From Ignavibacteriota bacterium (GTDB lineage: Bacteria > Bacteroidota > Ignavibacteria > UBA10030 > SZUA-254), in contig CAVSHI010000003.1 in assembly GCA_963727845.1 (NCBI GenBank), positions 787,764-851,763 of the forward strand: 64,000 nt of DNA. The letters are read 5' to 3'. The notes below the pieces were generated by a model. It made no database searches. It was not told the DNA's origin and saw only the letters and a program-made list of their open reading frames with translations. The translations under genes were made by a program, and so were the position numbers. Shown one piece after another: positions 49,013 to 58,613 of this stretch. The first letter of the stretch is position 1. Each line of letters opens with the position of its first letter.

Positions 49013-51013
49013 TTATTTCATCTTCGAACGTATTTCGGCCAACCGCTCGCTCGCGACGCCGTCAAAGTTCGTTTCCAGGAACCTCTGATAACAATACGCG
49101 GCCCTCGTATAATCTTTCACCTGGAAAAAATAATGACCCAGGTTATAGTATGCCTCCGGACACGGGACCGTGCTGCGCAGAAGTCCGTTCAGTCCGATTT
49201 GAATTGCCGCACCAAAATCGTCATCATAGTAGCAGAAAGTCGACACTGCAATTTCCTTCTGCGGGAAGTACCACTTTTTCAGGAGATAGAATGGAGGAGC
49301 CGCCGGATACGGTCTTTTCAGGATGCTGTCGATCCGTGAGGTGTCGATCCTCTCATAACCGCTCAGCAGGTCTCCGGTATGGAAGGGGGGAATCTTTTCG
49401 GCGTACCCGTTTTTCAAGTAGACGGCGGCTAGCTCGTCGACGTACGAGAGTCGCCACGTGGTATCCTCCGTGAAATAGTGCACCCACAGGAAAGCGTTTT
49501 GATACGGAAAAATCACGATCTTCGGGTTAAACTCATCCAGCAGCGGTTTCTTGTTGACGGGCACCCAGTACCGGAAGTACGCCGTGACGAGCGATTCACC
49601 CATGACTTCGTTCCTGCCGTCGATGAACACCTGTTGTGGAATCGCGTGGATGAGAAATCCTCCGAAGCTGAAATGGTTTACAATTCTTGCATCCAGTTTG
49701 TTCTCGCGGATAAAGCTGGCAGCTTTCGTCGGAACAATATAGTTATTGAAATGATATCCAAAACGGAAATCGGAGCGGAAGTTGATGTAGTATGCGTCCG
49801 TCACGATCGCCAGCATGAGAACAATGGCCGCACCGATGGTGAGAATATTCACAACGGCCTGCGCGCGCGCCGAGGTCCACGATGTCCACACAGACCGTAC
49901 CCACCGCACAAGGAATTTCCCGGGATTTGCCCCGCCCGACAAACCTCCCGCCGATTGAAGTCCTCCAACTGTGGCCGGGAGTACCGCGAACACAAAGAAG
50001 CCGATATTTTTAACAGCATTGATCCCGATGTAAAGGAAGAACCCATAGATCAGGAGATCGTGCAGCGCTATGCGACGCAGCCGGCGCAAAAAAGCAACCG
50101 CACTCAGCACGAAGAATATATGAAAGCCAAGCAGCGGCTGGAATAAATAGAAGTGACCGTTGTAGAAATAACTGCTGACATTCAGGGGAGAAACGTATTC
50201 GGTAATTACGCTCTTGAATACGTTGTACCGCTGGAGAAATTGAAACTGGTAGAACGGCATCCACACTCCCTTGGCAAAATACGGATTCACGAAGGAAACA
50301 GCGATGGACAGAAGCGCGTATTTCGTCACCGGCGTCCAGAGTTTGTTCTCTCTCCATGCAATGCCGGCGGCATACGACCCGACAACAATCCATCCCAGGA
50401 TGAACAGCGTATGCGTGTTCGTCCATAGCACCATCACCACGGGAAGCAGATAGAGATGGTTTCCCCTGCCGTGGGAGAAATCATCAAGAACGAGAAGGAT
50501 GACGTTGAGAAAAATCCAGGAGAGCACGTGTGGTCGTATTCCGAATTGAAAAGCCATGGCCATGATGGCGATCAGGAGCAAAAATTGCCAGTTGGCTGTC
50601 TCGGCAAGTTTCCGTTGACGGCCGATGCGTACAAGCACGATAAGGAAACTCGCGGCGATGAGAAGAGCATTGCTCGCTACCAGTCCGAACTCGCCCCCGG
50701 ATTTGTTGATGACGGAGAGCACGACCTGGTAGAGCCAGTACATATCGACATAATCATGCGTACTGGCAGTGTATGTGAAAACGTCTTTGCCTGGAAATTT
50801 CAGATTCTGGAGAATCCACTCTCCGGCCCGGAGATGGAATCCCAGATCCTCGCTGTAAATCTCACAGAATGAAAAAGCGACAACCAGAGCCAGCAGGACG
50901 AAAGCGACAATCCTGTTCGTCACGGAGTAGAACCCACTTCCTGCCGGGACGAGCATATTCTGCGGATTTAATTCCACACCGCTTCCTATCGTCGTTGAGT
51001 TTTGATCCTGCAT
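49013..51013 (-). CDS. polytopic membrane protein (GT-C-like / 4-amino-arabinose-transferase-like core) with C-terminal TPR repeat
   Basis: About 12 TM helices in the N-terminal 400 aa, with an extracytoplasmic acidic loop. The C-terminus is a TPR-like helix pair (AYYNLGHYFFQVKDYTRAAYCYQRFLE). Confidence 0.55.
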   Translation of the reverse strand: MQDQNSTTIGSGVELNPQNMLVPAGSGFYSVTNRIVAFVLLALVVAFSFCEIYSEDLGFHLRAGEWILQNLKFPGKDVFTYTASTHDYVDMYWLYQVVLSVINKSGGEFGLVASNALLIAASFLIVLVRIGRQRKLAETANWQFLLLIAIMAMAFQFGIRPHVLSWIFLNVILLVLDDFSHGRGNHLYLLPVVMVLWTNTHTLFILGWIVVGSYAAGIAWRENKLWTPVTKYALLSIAVSFVNPYFAKGVWMPFYQFQFLQRYNVFKSVITEYVSPLNVSSYFYNGHFYLFQPLLGFHIFFVLSAVAFLRRLRRIALHDLLIYGFFLYIGINAVKNIGFFVFAVLPATVGGLQSAGGLSGGANPGKFLVRWVRSVWTSWTSARAQAVVNILTIGAAIVLMLAIVTDAYYINFRSDFRFGYHFNNYIVPTKAASFIRENKLDARIVNHFSFGGFLIHAIPQQVFIDGRNEVMGESLVTAYFRYWVPVNKKPLLDEFNPKIVIFPYQNAFLWVHYFTEDTTWRLSYVDELAAVYLKNGYAEKIPPFHTGDLLSGYERIDTSRIDSILKRPYPAAPPFYLLKKWYFPQKEIAVSTFCYYDDDFGAAIQIGLNGLLRSTVPCPEAYYNLGHYFFQVKDYTRAAYCYQRFLETNFDGVASERLAEIRSKMK

Positions 51014-51279
51014 TGCCTTTTCGGTTATGAAATTGAAGAGAAAAGTAAGGAATTAATACTGGAGAAACAACAGGCTGGGGAGGGAACTTCTCCCCCTTTT
51101 TTAAGGGGGAGAATACAAGAGGGGGTCAGGCGTGGACGAAACGGCGTCAAACTGAGACACTACAGGGTTTTCAACGCATGAAGCGGCGGATAGTGGAGGG
51201 AAGAGATCTTGTGTACGGAGTTGTGGCTCATTTTCGATTCTTGTCGCTGTTAGCCGTCGTTCACCTTTGTTGTCTGAAT

Positions 51280-51375
51280 CAGAATTCTCAGGATTTCAGA
51301 ATGAACAGAATGGATTCTACTCAAATTCTGGAAATCCTATAATTCTGTGAATTCTGATTCTGACTTTCCACTCAC
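51280..51375. repeat. array of at least 8 CAGAAT/ATTCTG hexamers in both orientations in the 480-bp upstream region of the membrane-protein gene
   Basis: ctgaatCAGAATtctcagga tttCAGAATgaaCAGAATgg ATTCTactcaaATTCTGgaaatcc taATTCTGtgaATTCTGATTCTGac; the local GC drop is marked. Confidence 0.4.
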
Positions 51376-51498
51376 ATACCAATAGCCAGTGAACAAAACT
51401 GTTGAGTGAGGATTTTCATTCGCTGACCATACCAGCGTCGTTATTTTGCGTGCTAGCTGCAGTTGGTTCTCCATTTGGGGGACAATGAGTAAAACTTC

Positions 51499-51969
51499 TT
51501 AATGGCACACGAATCGGTTAAGCAACATTAGAATTGCAATCGTAAGTATGGCAAAAAAACGTTTTTGGACTTGCACATAGGATTTGTCAATGTCTATAGG
51601 CCTTGGATTAGGCAGCAAGTTTGCAACTTGATTCAAAATCTTTTTGGTCCCACCTAGGACGCCATAGTAACCTAACAGTTTGCCATCTGCGAAAAACGCT
51701 TCTCGAGTTTGACCGTTTTCCTCGAACTCAATATGTACCCAGGCATTGAGGCCTTTGCCGCCAGCGAGCCCATAACTCACTTTCAGGATTTTCCTTATGA
51801 TGAAATGGTTATTCTTGCTTGTAAATTCAACTTGATTATTTTCAATCCGAAGTCTGCCTCGATCTCTGTTGAATGCTTCCGCAAGAGAAACCACTAACAT
51901 CGGCTCCGAACGGTACCAAACACCATGTATTGTCATTTGTGACAACCCTTCCATTTGGAGGAGAAACAA
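51499..51969 (-). CDS. hypothetical protein with C-terminal TM anchor (156 aa), low-GC
   Basis: Soluble N-domain plus the C-terminal hydrophobic helix FFAILTIAILMLLNRF. GC is about 42% versus about 55% in the surroundings. Confidence 0.45.
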   Translation of the reverse strand: MFLLQMEGLSQMTIHGVWYRSEPMLVVSLAEAFNRDRGRLRIENNQVEFTSKNNHFIIRKILKVSYGLAGGKGLNAWVHIEFEENGQTREAFFADGKLLGYYGVLGGTKKILNQVANLLPNPRPIDIDKSYVQVQKRFFAILTIAILMLLNRFVCH

Positions 51970-52574
51970 TTGCAGTTAAATCCCTCCATTTCGCAGTGCG
52001 TCATTCCAAACAATGGGAGAGGTAATGACGCAGATATGTGTGCTGTGGTTTCTTGTAAGTGCCAACCGGGGTATGTTGAAGCCAATCGTAAGTCTGCCAA
52101 TTCCCACACCTTAAATTTACTTCGGAAATCTACAAAACTTCTCGCGGATTGTCAACTCAGGGGATCGCTAATATGGCCAGAAAGGATTACCGAGAAAACA
52201 ATACGAAATGCGTATCTCCGGCTCCTAGCAGAGTGTTGAAAAACACAAAAGAGAGTGTCTCTGCGAGCAGTTTCATCGCGAAGCAGTCTCATTTTTTTCT
52301 TGAAAAGCGAGATTGCTTCGTCCCCTTCGCTTCGCTCAGGGTCCTCGCAAAGACAGGGGAAGTTCTTTTTCGACAGCCTGCTAGTGGTACTGTTTCCTAC
52401 CAGAAAACCTGCGCTTGGTCGGGTTGGCGGTCAATCGGAGAGTCTGTCGAGAGACTCGATTGCAAGGGAAGCTATTGTCGGTTACTGTCCGCTGGGGCTT
52501 TTTCAACTCATCCTTGCCAAGCGCGGAAGAATCGGTGGTGGGGCGCGCAGGTTCGTCCAGGTCGTATTGGCATT

Positions 52575-53681
52575 CTAATCTGTCGGCTGCCCATAAAAGT
52601 CGGCCAGAACATTTGTGTAGTAGCAATTCTCGATCTTCATTTGAATTTGGAATACGGTCGGTTCTTTTGCACCGACAGGCACCAACATCAACCTTGATTT
52701 CCCTTTGGCATCGAAGTCCGGGCCGGAGTTGGTTTCCGTGTTGTCAAAAGCCATGTCGAGGTAATACAGATACGGGTAAATCCACTCCATGTAGGCTTCT
52801 CTGTCAACATCCGAATAACTCCTTATCTCCAGCTTCGCAGAATGCCGGGCTATTCCTTCCTGGAGTTCCACAGCATTTAATGGAATACCGTCCAACACCG
52901 GCATAACATCCCACTGCCCATCCACGAATGCCCATTTGCCGATGTCTCTGAGGAAAACTTCCACCGCAACGTGTCCCGCTCCGGATTGCGTTGTTTCAAC
53001 CTCTCTTGTTTTCAACGCAACCGTTCTTGCTTTCAGTCCTACTGCATTCAGACAGGCTGTTGTCACAATGGAATACTCCACGCATCTGAAATTCTTCCCT
53101 TCTTTGGCTTCCTCCAAGATGGACAGCGCATCATTCTTCCTCGGCTCGTTCGATCCATTGTGTTGCCACCGCTGGTGAACCCAATGCAAAATCCTACTTG
53201 CTTTTTCAGCGTCTTCCTTTGAATCTTTGATAAGAGCTCTCAGGCCATATTTCTCTCTCAATGTCTTTAAGTACTCATTGTCTGCATTGTGTTCGTACTT
53301 TATTCTAAAGAGAGACTCCCTGTTCGAACTGTCGTAGTGTACCACTTCATAAGGAACAACTTTCAGTTCTGTCAATGCGTAATTGCTATCCCGAAGCAAT
53401 ACATAGAACCGGACAGAGTCATTCATTCCCGCCTTCCAGACGATCGAATCCTGATCTGTGTAGAACGCAACTTGTGTGCTATCCGACTGTGGCCGGATGG
53501 TGAGAATATCCGGACTGAGCGGCGGGGAAATCCTCCAACGACCTTGAAAAAGCCTGTTTCCGATTCTGTAATTTGCGCTACTTGCGGTGGCTTTTACAAC
53601 CGGGAGGCCGTTATGTACGGTCTTACCGAAAAGCAGTAGTGGAAAGATTAATGTTACTAATGGTGCGAGCGCGTTCCTCAT
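52575..53681 (-). CDS. secreted transglutaminase-like (papain-fold Cys-His-Asp) domain protein
   Basis: Signal peptide; GKNFRCVEYSIVTTACLNAVGL has the catalytic Cys context, and GHVAVEVF...FVDGQWD the His/Asp context. Confidence 0.6.
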   Translation of the reverse strand: MRNALAPLVTLIFPLLLFGKTVHNGLPVVKATASSANYRIGNRLFQGRWRISPPLSPDILTIRPQSDSTQVAFYTDQDSIVWKAGMNDSVRFYVLLRDSNYALTELKVVPYEVVHYDSSNRESLFRIKYEHNADNEYLKTLREKYGLRALIKDSKEDAEKASRILHWVHQRWQHNGSNEPRKNDALSILEEAKEGKNFRCVEYSIVTTACLNAVGLKARTVALKTREVETTQSGAGHVAVEVFLRDIGKWAFVDGQWDVMPVLDGIPLNAVELQEGIARHSAKLEIRSYSDVDREAYMEWIYPYLYYLDMAFDNTETNSGPDFDAKGKSRLMLVPVGAKEPTVFQIQMKIENCYYTNVLADFYGQPTD

Positions 53682-54031
53682 ACGGATTCCTCTAATGTCC
53701 TCATTCGTTGGATACGTACCAATCCGCTCTTGGTTACTCCAGAATTATACGACAATCGAATGAATCGGTTTCACATCACGGGCCGGGGCGCGCCGGCCAA
53801 TGTGTCTTCCCGAAAAGTTTCTCGTTGGGATCCGACGCGAAGCGTGGTCCCGACATCCCGACCGAAGTCGCAGGATGCTCCTAGTCGGGATCCATGAACT
53901 GCCAGCTTAATTCAGATGCTGACTTAGAACGTGTCAGCAAGACGGGTTCGGTTGGGACTTAGATATGAGGATTTGTGATTTGTTAGAAGTTAGAGATTCG
54001 AATTTGAGACATCTGGAAAATCAAATAGGCT

Positions 54032-54122
54032 TGTCATTCTGAGGAGCGAAGCGACGAAGAATCTCCTTCTTGCCTCATATTGAATAGTCAGATTCTTCGC
54101 TCCGCTCAGAATGACACTCTGA
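54032..54122. terminator. long imperfect inverted repeat (about 26-bp arms, 30-nt loop) downstream of ptb
   Basis: gtcattctgaggagcgaagcgacgaagaatct ... agattcttcgctccgctcagaatgac, located 90 bp past the ptb stop. Confidence 0.5.
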
Positions 54123-54208
54123 TTATTATTTTTCAGACGTCTTGATTTAGGATTCTCGCGCCGATCTATCCCTCGGGCGAAACATCACTGGGCAGATATG
54201 ATGACGGG

Positions 54209-55135
54209 CTAGGCTGTCTCTCCCTTGTAGTATTCGCTCATGAGCACCCCGAGCGCAACAGAGAGTAACTTAGCATCACTCTTGTCGGCACGGGAAGGGA
54301 TGAGGATGGGGACTTTTCCGCCGACAATGACATGCGCCAGCCGGTATCCCGCAAAGATCGTCGTACTCTTGGCAAGCATGTTCGCCGCCTCGATGCTCGG
54401 AGCGACGAGAATCTCGGCCTTCCCGGCCACCGGCGAATTAATGCGTTTTTCATTCGCAGCTTCGGCGGAAATTGCGTTGTCGAGAGCAAGAGGTCCGTCA
54501 ACCACGCATCCCTTTATTTGTCCCCGCTCATTCATCTTGGACAACGCGGCGGCATCGGTGGTCGACGGAAGTCCTGCCGACACCATTTCCGTCGCGGAGA
54601 GAATCGCCACGTTGGGCTTAACATTGCCCAGCGCATGCGCGACCTCCACCGCATTATTTATCAACTCAATCTTGTTCTTAAGATCCGGGGCAAGCGTTAA
54701 ACCGCCATCGGTGATCATGATAAGTTTATTCTCATCCCGGCCGGGATATTCAAAAATGAAAACATCCGAAAGAAGGCGTCCAGTGCGTATTCCCGAATCT
54801 TCGGCCAGCAGAGCCTTCATCATTGTTGAAGTATCCACCCCGCCTTTCATGAGAATATCGGCCTGGCCCTCTTTCACCAGCTCGACGGCTGCCTGGAGGG
54901 CATTCTGTGTATGCGGCTGGAGGATGATTTCGAGCCCCTCGGTGCTTTTTCCGGCTTCCTCGAACTTGCTGCGAATGGTCCGCTCTTCGCCGATAAGAAT
55001 GAATTGCGCCAGTCCCGATTCCTGTGCCGCGACGACCGCAGCGATAGTCTCGAGATTATTCGGCAGGATAACCGCTACCTTTTTCCCGGGAGTTCGCGAT
55101 GCCGCTTTGAGTAGTTGTTCAAAATTTTGAATCAT
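54209..55135 (-). CDS. ptb: phosphate butyryltransferase / phosphate acyltransferase
   Basis: Phosphate acetyl/butyryl transferase fold (GKKVAVILPNNLETIAAV...; C-terminal SRADKSDAKLLS). The start lies 1 nt after the buk stop. Confidence 0.85.
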   Translation of the reverse strand: MIQNFEQLLKAASRTPGKKVAVILPNNLETIAAVVAAQESGLAQFILIGEERTIRSKFEEAGKSTEGLEIILQPHTQNALQAAVELVKEGQADILMKGGVDTSTMMKALLAEDSGIRTGRLLSDVFIFEYPGRDENKLIMITDGGLTLAPDLKNKIELINNAVEVAHALGNVKPNVAILSATEMVSAGLPSTTDAAALSKMNERGQIKGCVVDGPLALDNAISAEAANEKRINSPVAGKAEILVAPSIEAANMLAKSTTIFAGYRLAHVIVGGKVPILIPSRADKSDAKLLSVALGVLMSEYYKGETA

Positions 55136-55136
55136 G

Positions 55137-56198
55137 CTAGTACTCCTTTGCCTGCTCCTCTCCCCGCAGCACGCGGAGCGCTCCCTGGGCGAGCGAGCAC
55201 ATTTCATCTTCACCGGGATACACTTTCACCCGGGCGATAAATTTTACGCGTTCTTCAATCCATGAAGTCACCTTCGCGGACTGCGCAATTCCGCCCGTCA
55301 GCACGATGGCATCGACCTTTCCGTTGAGAACAGTTGCCATCGCCCCGATTTCTTTTGAGATTTGATACACCATTGCACGGTAGACTTCGAGGGCGACGGT
55401 ATCTCCGGCCTTGATACGGCCTTCGACATCCTTCGTGGAGTTCGTCCCGAGATACGCGGAGATGCCGCCTTTGCCCATCACGAGGTTACGAAGCTCCGCT
55501 TCGGAGAACTTCCCGGAGGTGCACAGAGTGATGAACGGCTGGAGCGGAAGTCCCCCCGTGCGTTCGGGGGAGAAAGGCCCGTCGCTCGCCGCATCGTTCA
55601 CGTCGATGATCCTGCCCGACCTCACCGGCGCGATCGATATTCCCCCGCCTAAGTGTCCGATCACAAATGATGATTCCTCCAGCGGAATTTGCAACTCTTC
55701 TGCTGCCCTCCGCGCAGCGGCATGAATATTCAACACGTGGGATAAGCTTCGTCGCTCGATGAGAGGGTGACCCGAATAGCGGGCGAGGGGTTCAAATTCA
55801 TCAACCGACACCGGGTCAACGACATATGCGGGAACCCGGTACCGGGATGCGAGATCGTGAGCGAGCGCGCATCCGAGGTTGGAAGCGTGTTCACCCTGAA
55901 GATTCGCGCGTGCGTCTTTCAACATCGTTTGATTGACGAGATAGACTCCGCCTTCCACCGGTCGCAGCAGGCCCCCCATCCCCACGACGGCGGAACACTC
56001 TTTGACATTTTCTTTCACCCATTGTCCGCAGAGTTGCAGCCGGTAGGGATACTGTTCCCACGCTGTCGAAAACCGGCGAAGGTCGCCGACTCCGTGCGCG
56101 ATCGTCTCTGAGCGGACAGCATGGTCGTCGTGGAACAGGGCAACCTTTGTTGAAGTTGACCCCGGATTCAGAACGACAATGCTGAACGGAGCGCTCAT
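55137..56198 (-). CDS. buk: butyrate kinase
   Basis: FSIVVLNPGSTSTKVALF is the ASKHA-family N-terminus, with GGG ATP-binding loops (HLGGGISIA). Confidence 0.9.
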   Translation of the reverse strand: MSAPFSIVVLNPGSTSTKVALFHDDHAVRSETIAHGVGDLRRFSTAWEQYPYRLQLCGQWVKENVKECSAVVGMGGLLRPVEGGVYLVNQTMLKDARANLQGEHASNLGCALAHDLASRYRVPAYVVDPVSVDEFEPLARYSGHPLIERRSLSHVLNIHAAARRAAEELQIPLEESSFVIGHLGGGISIAPVRSGRIIDVNDAASDGPFSPERTGGLPLQPFITLCTSGKFSEAELRNLVMGKGGISAYLGTNSTKDVEGRIKAGDTVALEVYRAMVYQISKEIGAMATVLNGKVDAIVLTGGIAQSAKVTSWIEERVKFIARVKVYPGEDEMCSLAQGALRVLRGEEQAKEY

Positions 56199-57671
56199 TC
56201 AGGTCGGAACGGATACTTCTTCAATATCCTTGACGAGAGATGCCTGTCCGGACTTGGTGAGAAGGTACTTATGGATTGCAGCGGCGGCCTGTTTGCCGTC
56301 CCTCATGGCAAGGATCACCGTCGCACCGCCGCGTGAGAGGTCTCCTCCCGCAAAAATTCCTTCACGACTCGTGCGCTGGTCCTCGTTGACGACAACCGTT
56401 CCGCGCTTGCTCGTTTCCAACCCTGGCGTAGTTGCCTGGATGATGGGGTTCGGTTTCTGCCCCACCGCCTCGACAACCGTTTGCACGGGAATGACAAACT
56501 CCGATCCTTTGATAGCAATCGGTTTGCGGCGCCCCGATTCATCGGGCTCGCCCAATTCCATCTTCTGGCACTCAATACCGCGAACCCAGTTGTTATTGTC
56601 GCTCAAAATTTTCACGGGGTTTGTCAGCAGCATAAACTCGACGCCTTCTTCTTCCGCGTGATGGATTTCTTCCTCGCGCGCAGGCATTTCCTGGCGTGAC
56701 CGCCGGTAAATGAGATAGGCATGTTCCGCCCCGAGCCGTCGCGAAACTCGTACGGCATCCATTGCGGTGTTGCCGCCGCCGATGACGGCCACCTGCTTGC
56801 CGATTTTGATGGGCGTGTCGTAATGAGGAAAATCGTACGCCCGCATCAGGTTTATCCTTGTGAGGTATTCGTTCGCCGAGTAGACTCCGCTTAAACTCTC
56901 TCCGGGAATGCCCATGAATGTCGGTGTTCCCGCACCCGTTCCGAGGTAAATTGCGCTGAAACCCCACTCGCCGAACAGTTCATCGATCGTGGCTGTCCGC
57001 CCAACGACAAAGTTCGTATATATTTCCACACCCAGTTTTTTAATGCGTTCGGTTTCGAGGTCGAGGATCGTTCGCGGCAACCGGAACTCCGGAATTCCGT
57101 ACCGGAGCACGCCGCCAACCGCGTGCAACGCTTCAAAGACTGTTACTTTGTAGCCCAGCTTGGCAAGCTCCGCCGCGCAGGTGAGTCCGCCGGGTCCCGA
57201 GCCGACAATTGCAACCTTCTGCTCCCGCCGTTCCGTAATGGTTGGCAATTGAAACAGGTTGTGTTGCATTTCGAAGTCGGCGACAAAGCGCTCAAGCTTT
57301 CCGATTGCAACGGGAGAATGCTTCTTTCCCAGGGTACAGACCTCTTCGCACTGCGATTCCTGAGGGCAGACACGTCCGCAGATTGCCGGAAGGTAGTTGG
57401 CCTCACGGATCTTGTTCACTGCCCCGACAAAATCCCCCTTCATGGCAAGTTGAATGAACGCCCGAATATCAATACCGACGGGGCATCCTTCGACACAGAC
57501 AGGGTTCTTGCATTCCAGGCATCGGGTGGCCTCGACGCTTGCGCGTTCCTGGTTCAGGCCCAGGGATACCTCAAGAAAATTTCTGGATCGTTCTCCGGCG
57601 TTTTGTTCGATAGACTGTTGACGCGGAATTTTCATCCGCTCCGATGGTTTGAGAGCGTTAACGTAATTCAT
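56199..57671 (-). CDS. nfnB: NADH-dependent reduced ferredoxin:NADP oxidoreductase large subunit (glutamate synthase small-chain-like; NfnB/SudA)
   Basis: Two N-terminal [4Fe-4S] Cys clusters (CLECKNPVCVEGCPV...CGRVCPQESQCEEVC) and FAD/NADPH Rossmann folds (VAIVGSGPGGLTCA...VAVIGGGNTAMD). Confidence 0.85.
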   Translation of the reverse strand: MNYVNALKPSERMKIPRQQSIEQNAGERSRNFLEVSLGLNQERASVEATRCLECKNPVCVEGCPVGIDIRAFIQLAMKGDFVGAVNKIREANYLPAICGRVCPQESQCEEVCTLGKKHSPVAIGKLERFVADFEMQHNLFQLPTITERREQKVAIVGSGPGGLTCAAELAKLGYKVTVFEALHAVGGVLRYGIPEFRLPRTILDLETERIKKLGVEIYTNFVVGRTATIDELFGEWGFSAIYLGTGAGTPTFMGIPGESLSGVYSANEYLTRINLMRAYDFPHYDTPIKIGKQVAVIGGGNTAMDAVRVSRRLGAEHAYLIYRRSRQEMPAREEEIHHAEEEGVEFMLLTNPVKILSDNNNWVRGIECQKMELGEPDESGRRKPIAIKGSEFVIPVQTVVEAVGQKPNPIIQATTPGLETSKRGTVVVNEDQRTSREGIFAGGDLSRGGATVILAMRDGKQAAAAIHKYLLTKSGQASLVKDIEEVSVPT

Positions 57672-58524
57672 ACATCATCCCCGTATGCAAGTCAATAGAT
57701 TCGTGGTGGGCTGCGGCGGCGTCCGAGATATGTTCGAGATCGACGTACGTTCTGTTGCGCATAATGAGTTCGTCAAAATCGACCTTGTGACCGTCAAATT
57801 CTGGTCCGTCCACACAGGCGAACTTCATCTGTCCGTCGATGGTCACCCTGCACCCGCCGCACATTCCGGTTCCGTCAACCATAATGGCATTGAGACTCAC
57901 ATAGGTTTTGGTCCCATAACTGCGCGTGAGATTAGAAACAGCTTTCATCATCGGGAGCGGTCCGATGGCATACACCGTCGAAATGCCGGCAGGCGACTCA
58001 ATGAGGTCTTTCAGCTGGTCTGTTACAAATCCCTTCCGGCCATACGAGCCGTCGTCGGTGGTAATAAAGATACTGTCGGAGAAAGCACACATCTCGTCTT
58101 CAAGGATAATCAGGTCTTTGGAGCGGGCGCCCACGATGGAATAGAGTTTATTCCCTGCTTCCTTGAGCGCCTTCGCTATCGGATAGAGCTCGGCCGTCCC
58201 GACTCCGCCGCCGACGCATGCGACTGCGCCGTGATATTCAATGGGGGTGGGAATGCCAAGTGGACCGACTACGTCGACCAGCGAGTCTCCGGCCTTCTTT
58301 GTCAATAGCAATTTGGTTGTCTTTCCGATTCCCTGGACGATCAGCGTGATGGTGCCCTTCTGCGGGTCGCCGTCAACAATCGTCAGTGGAATTCGCTCGC
58401 CAGTTTCTAACACACGGATGATGACGAAATTCCCCGCCTTGCGTTTCCGTGCGATGAAGGGAGCTTCAATCACAAACTTACCGAGCGTTGGCGCCAGATC
58501 CTGTTTTTCTAGAATTGTATACAC
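57658..58524 (-). CDS. nfnA: NfnA / sulfide dehydrogenase beta-like (PyrK-type FAD/NAD-binding electron-transfer subunit)
   Basis: Ferredoxin-NADP reductase-like fold with the C-terminal [2Fe-2S] motif (CGGCRV...C). It overlaps nfnB by 14 nt. Confidence 0.8.
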   Translation of the reverse strand: MYTILEKQDLAPTLGKFVIEAPFIARKRKAGNFVIIRVLETGERIPLTIVDGDPQKGTITLIVQGIGKTTKLLLTKKAGDSLVDVVGPLGIPTPIEYHGAVACVGGGVGTAELYPIAKALKEAGNKLYSIVGARSKDLIILEDEMCAFSDSIFITTDDGSYGRKGFVTDQLKDLIESPAGISTVYAIGPLPMMKAVSNLTRSYGTKTYVSLNAIMVDGTGMCGGCRVTIDGQMKFACVDGPEFDGHKVDFDELIMRNRTYVDLEHISDAAAAHHESIDLHTGMMYELR

Positions 58525-58613
58525 CCGTTCTCCTGAATAGTTATTCGTGTTTTTACTTACAACCTGTCTCCATCATCCCTGATACAATCCATGATGAATG
58601 CAATCAATCTCCG

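Noticed and set aside
52149-52697. 182-aa ORF (and overlapping 94-, 107- and 163-aa ORFs) in the 51970-52575 gap
   Set aside because: Low-complexity, Arg/Cys/Ser-rich translations with no domain signature; they overlap each other in several frames. Treated as noncoding.
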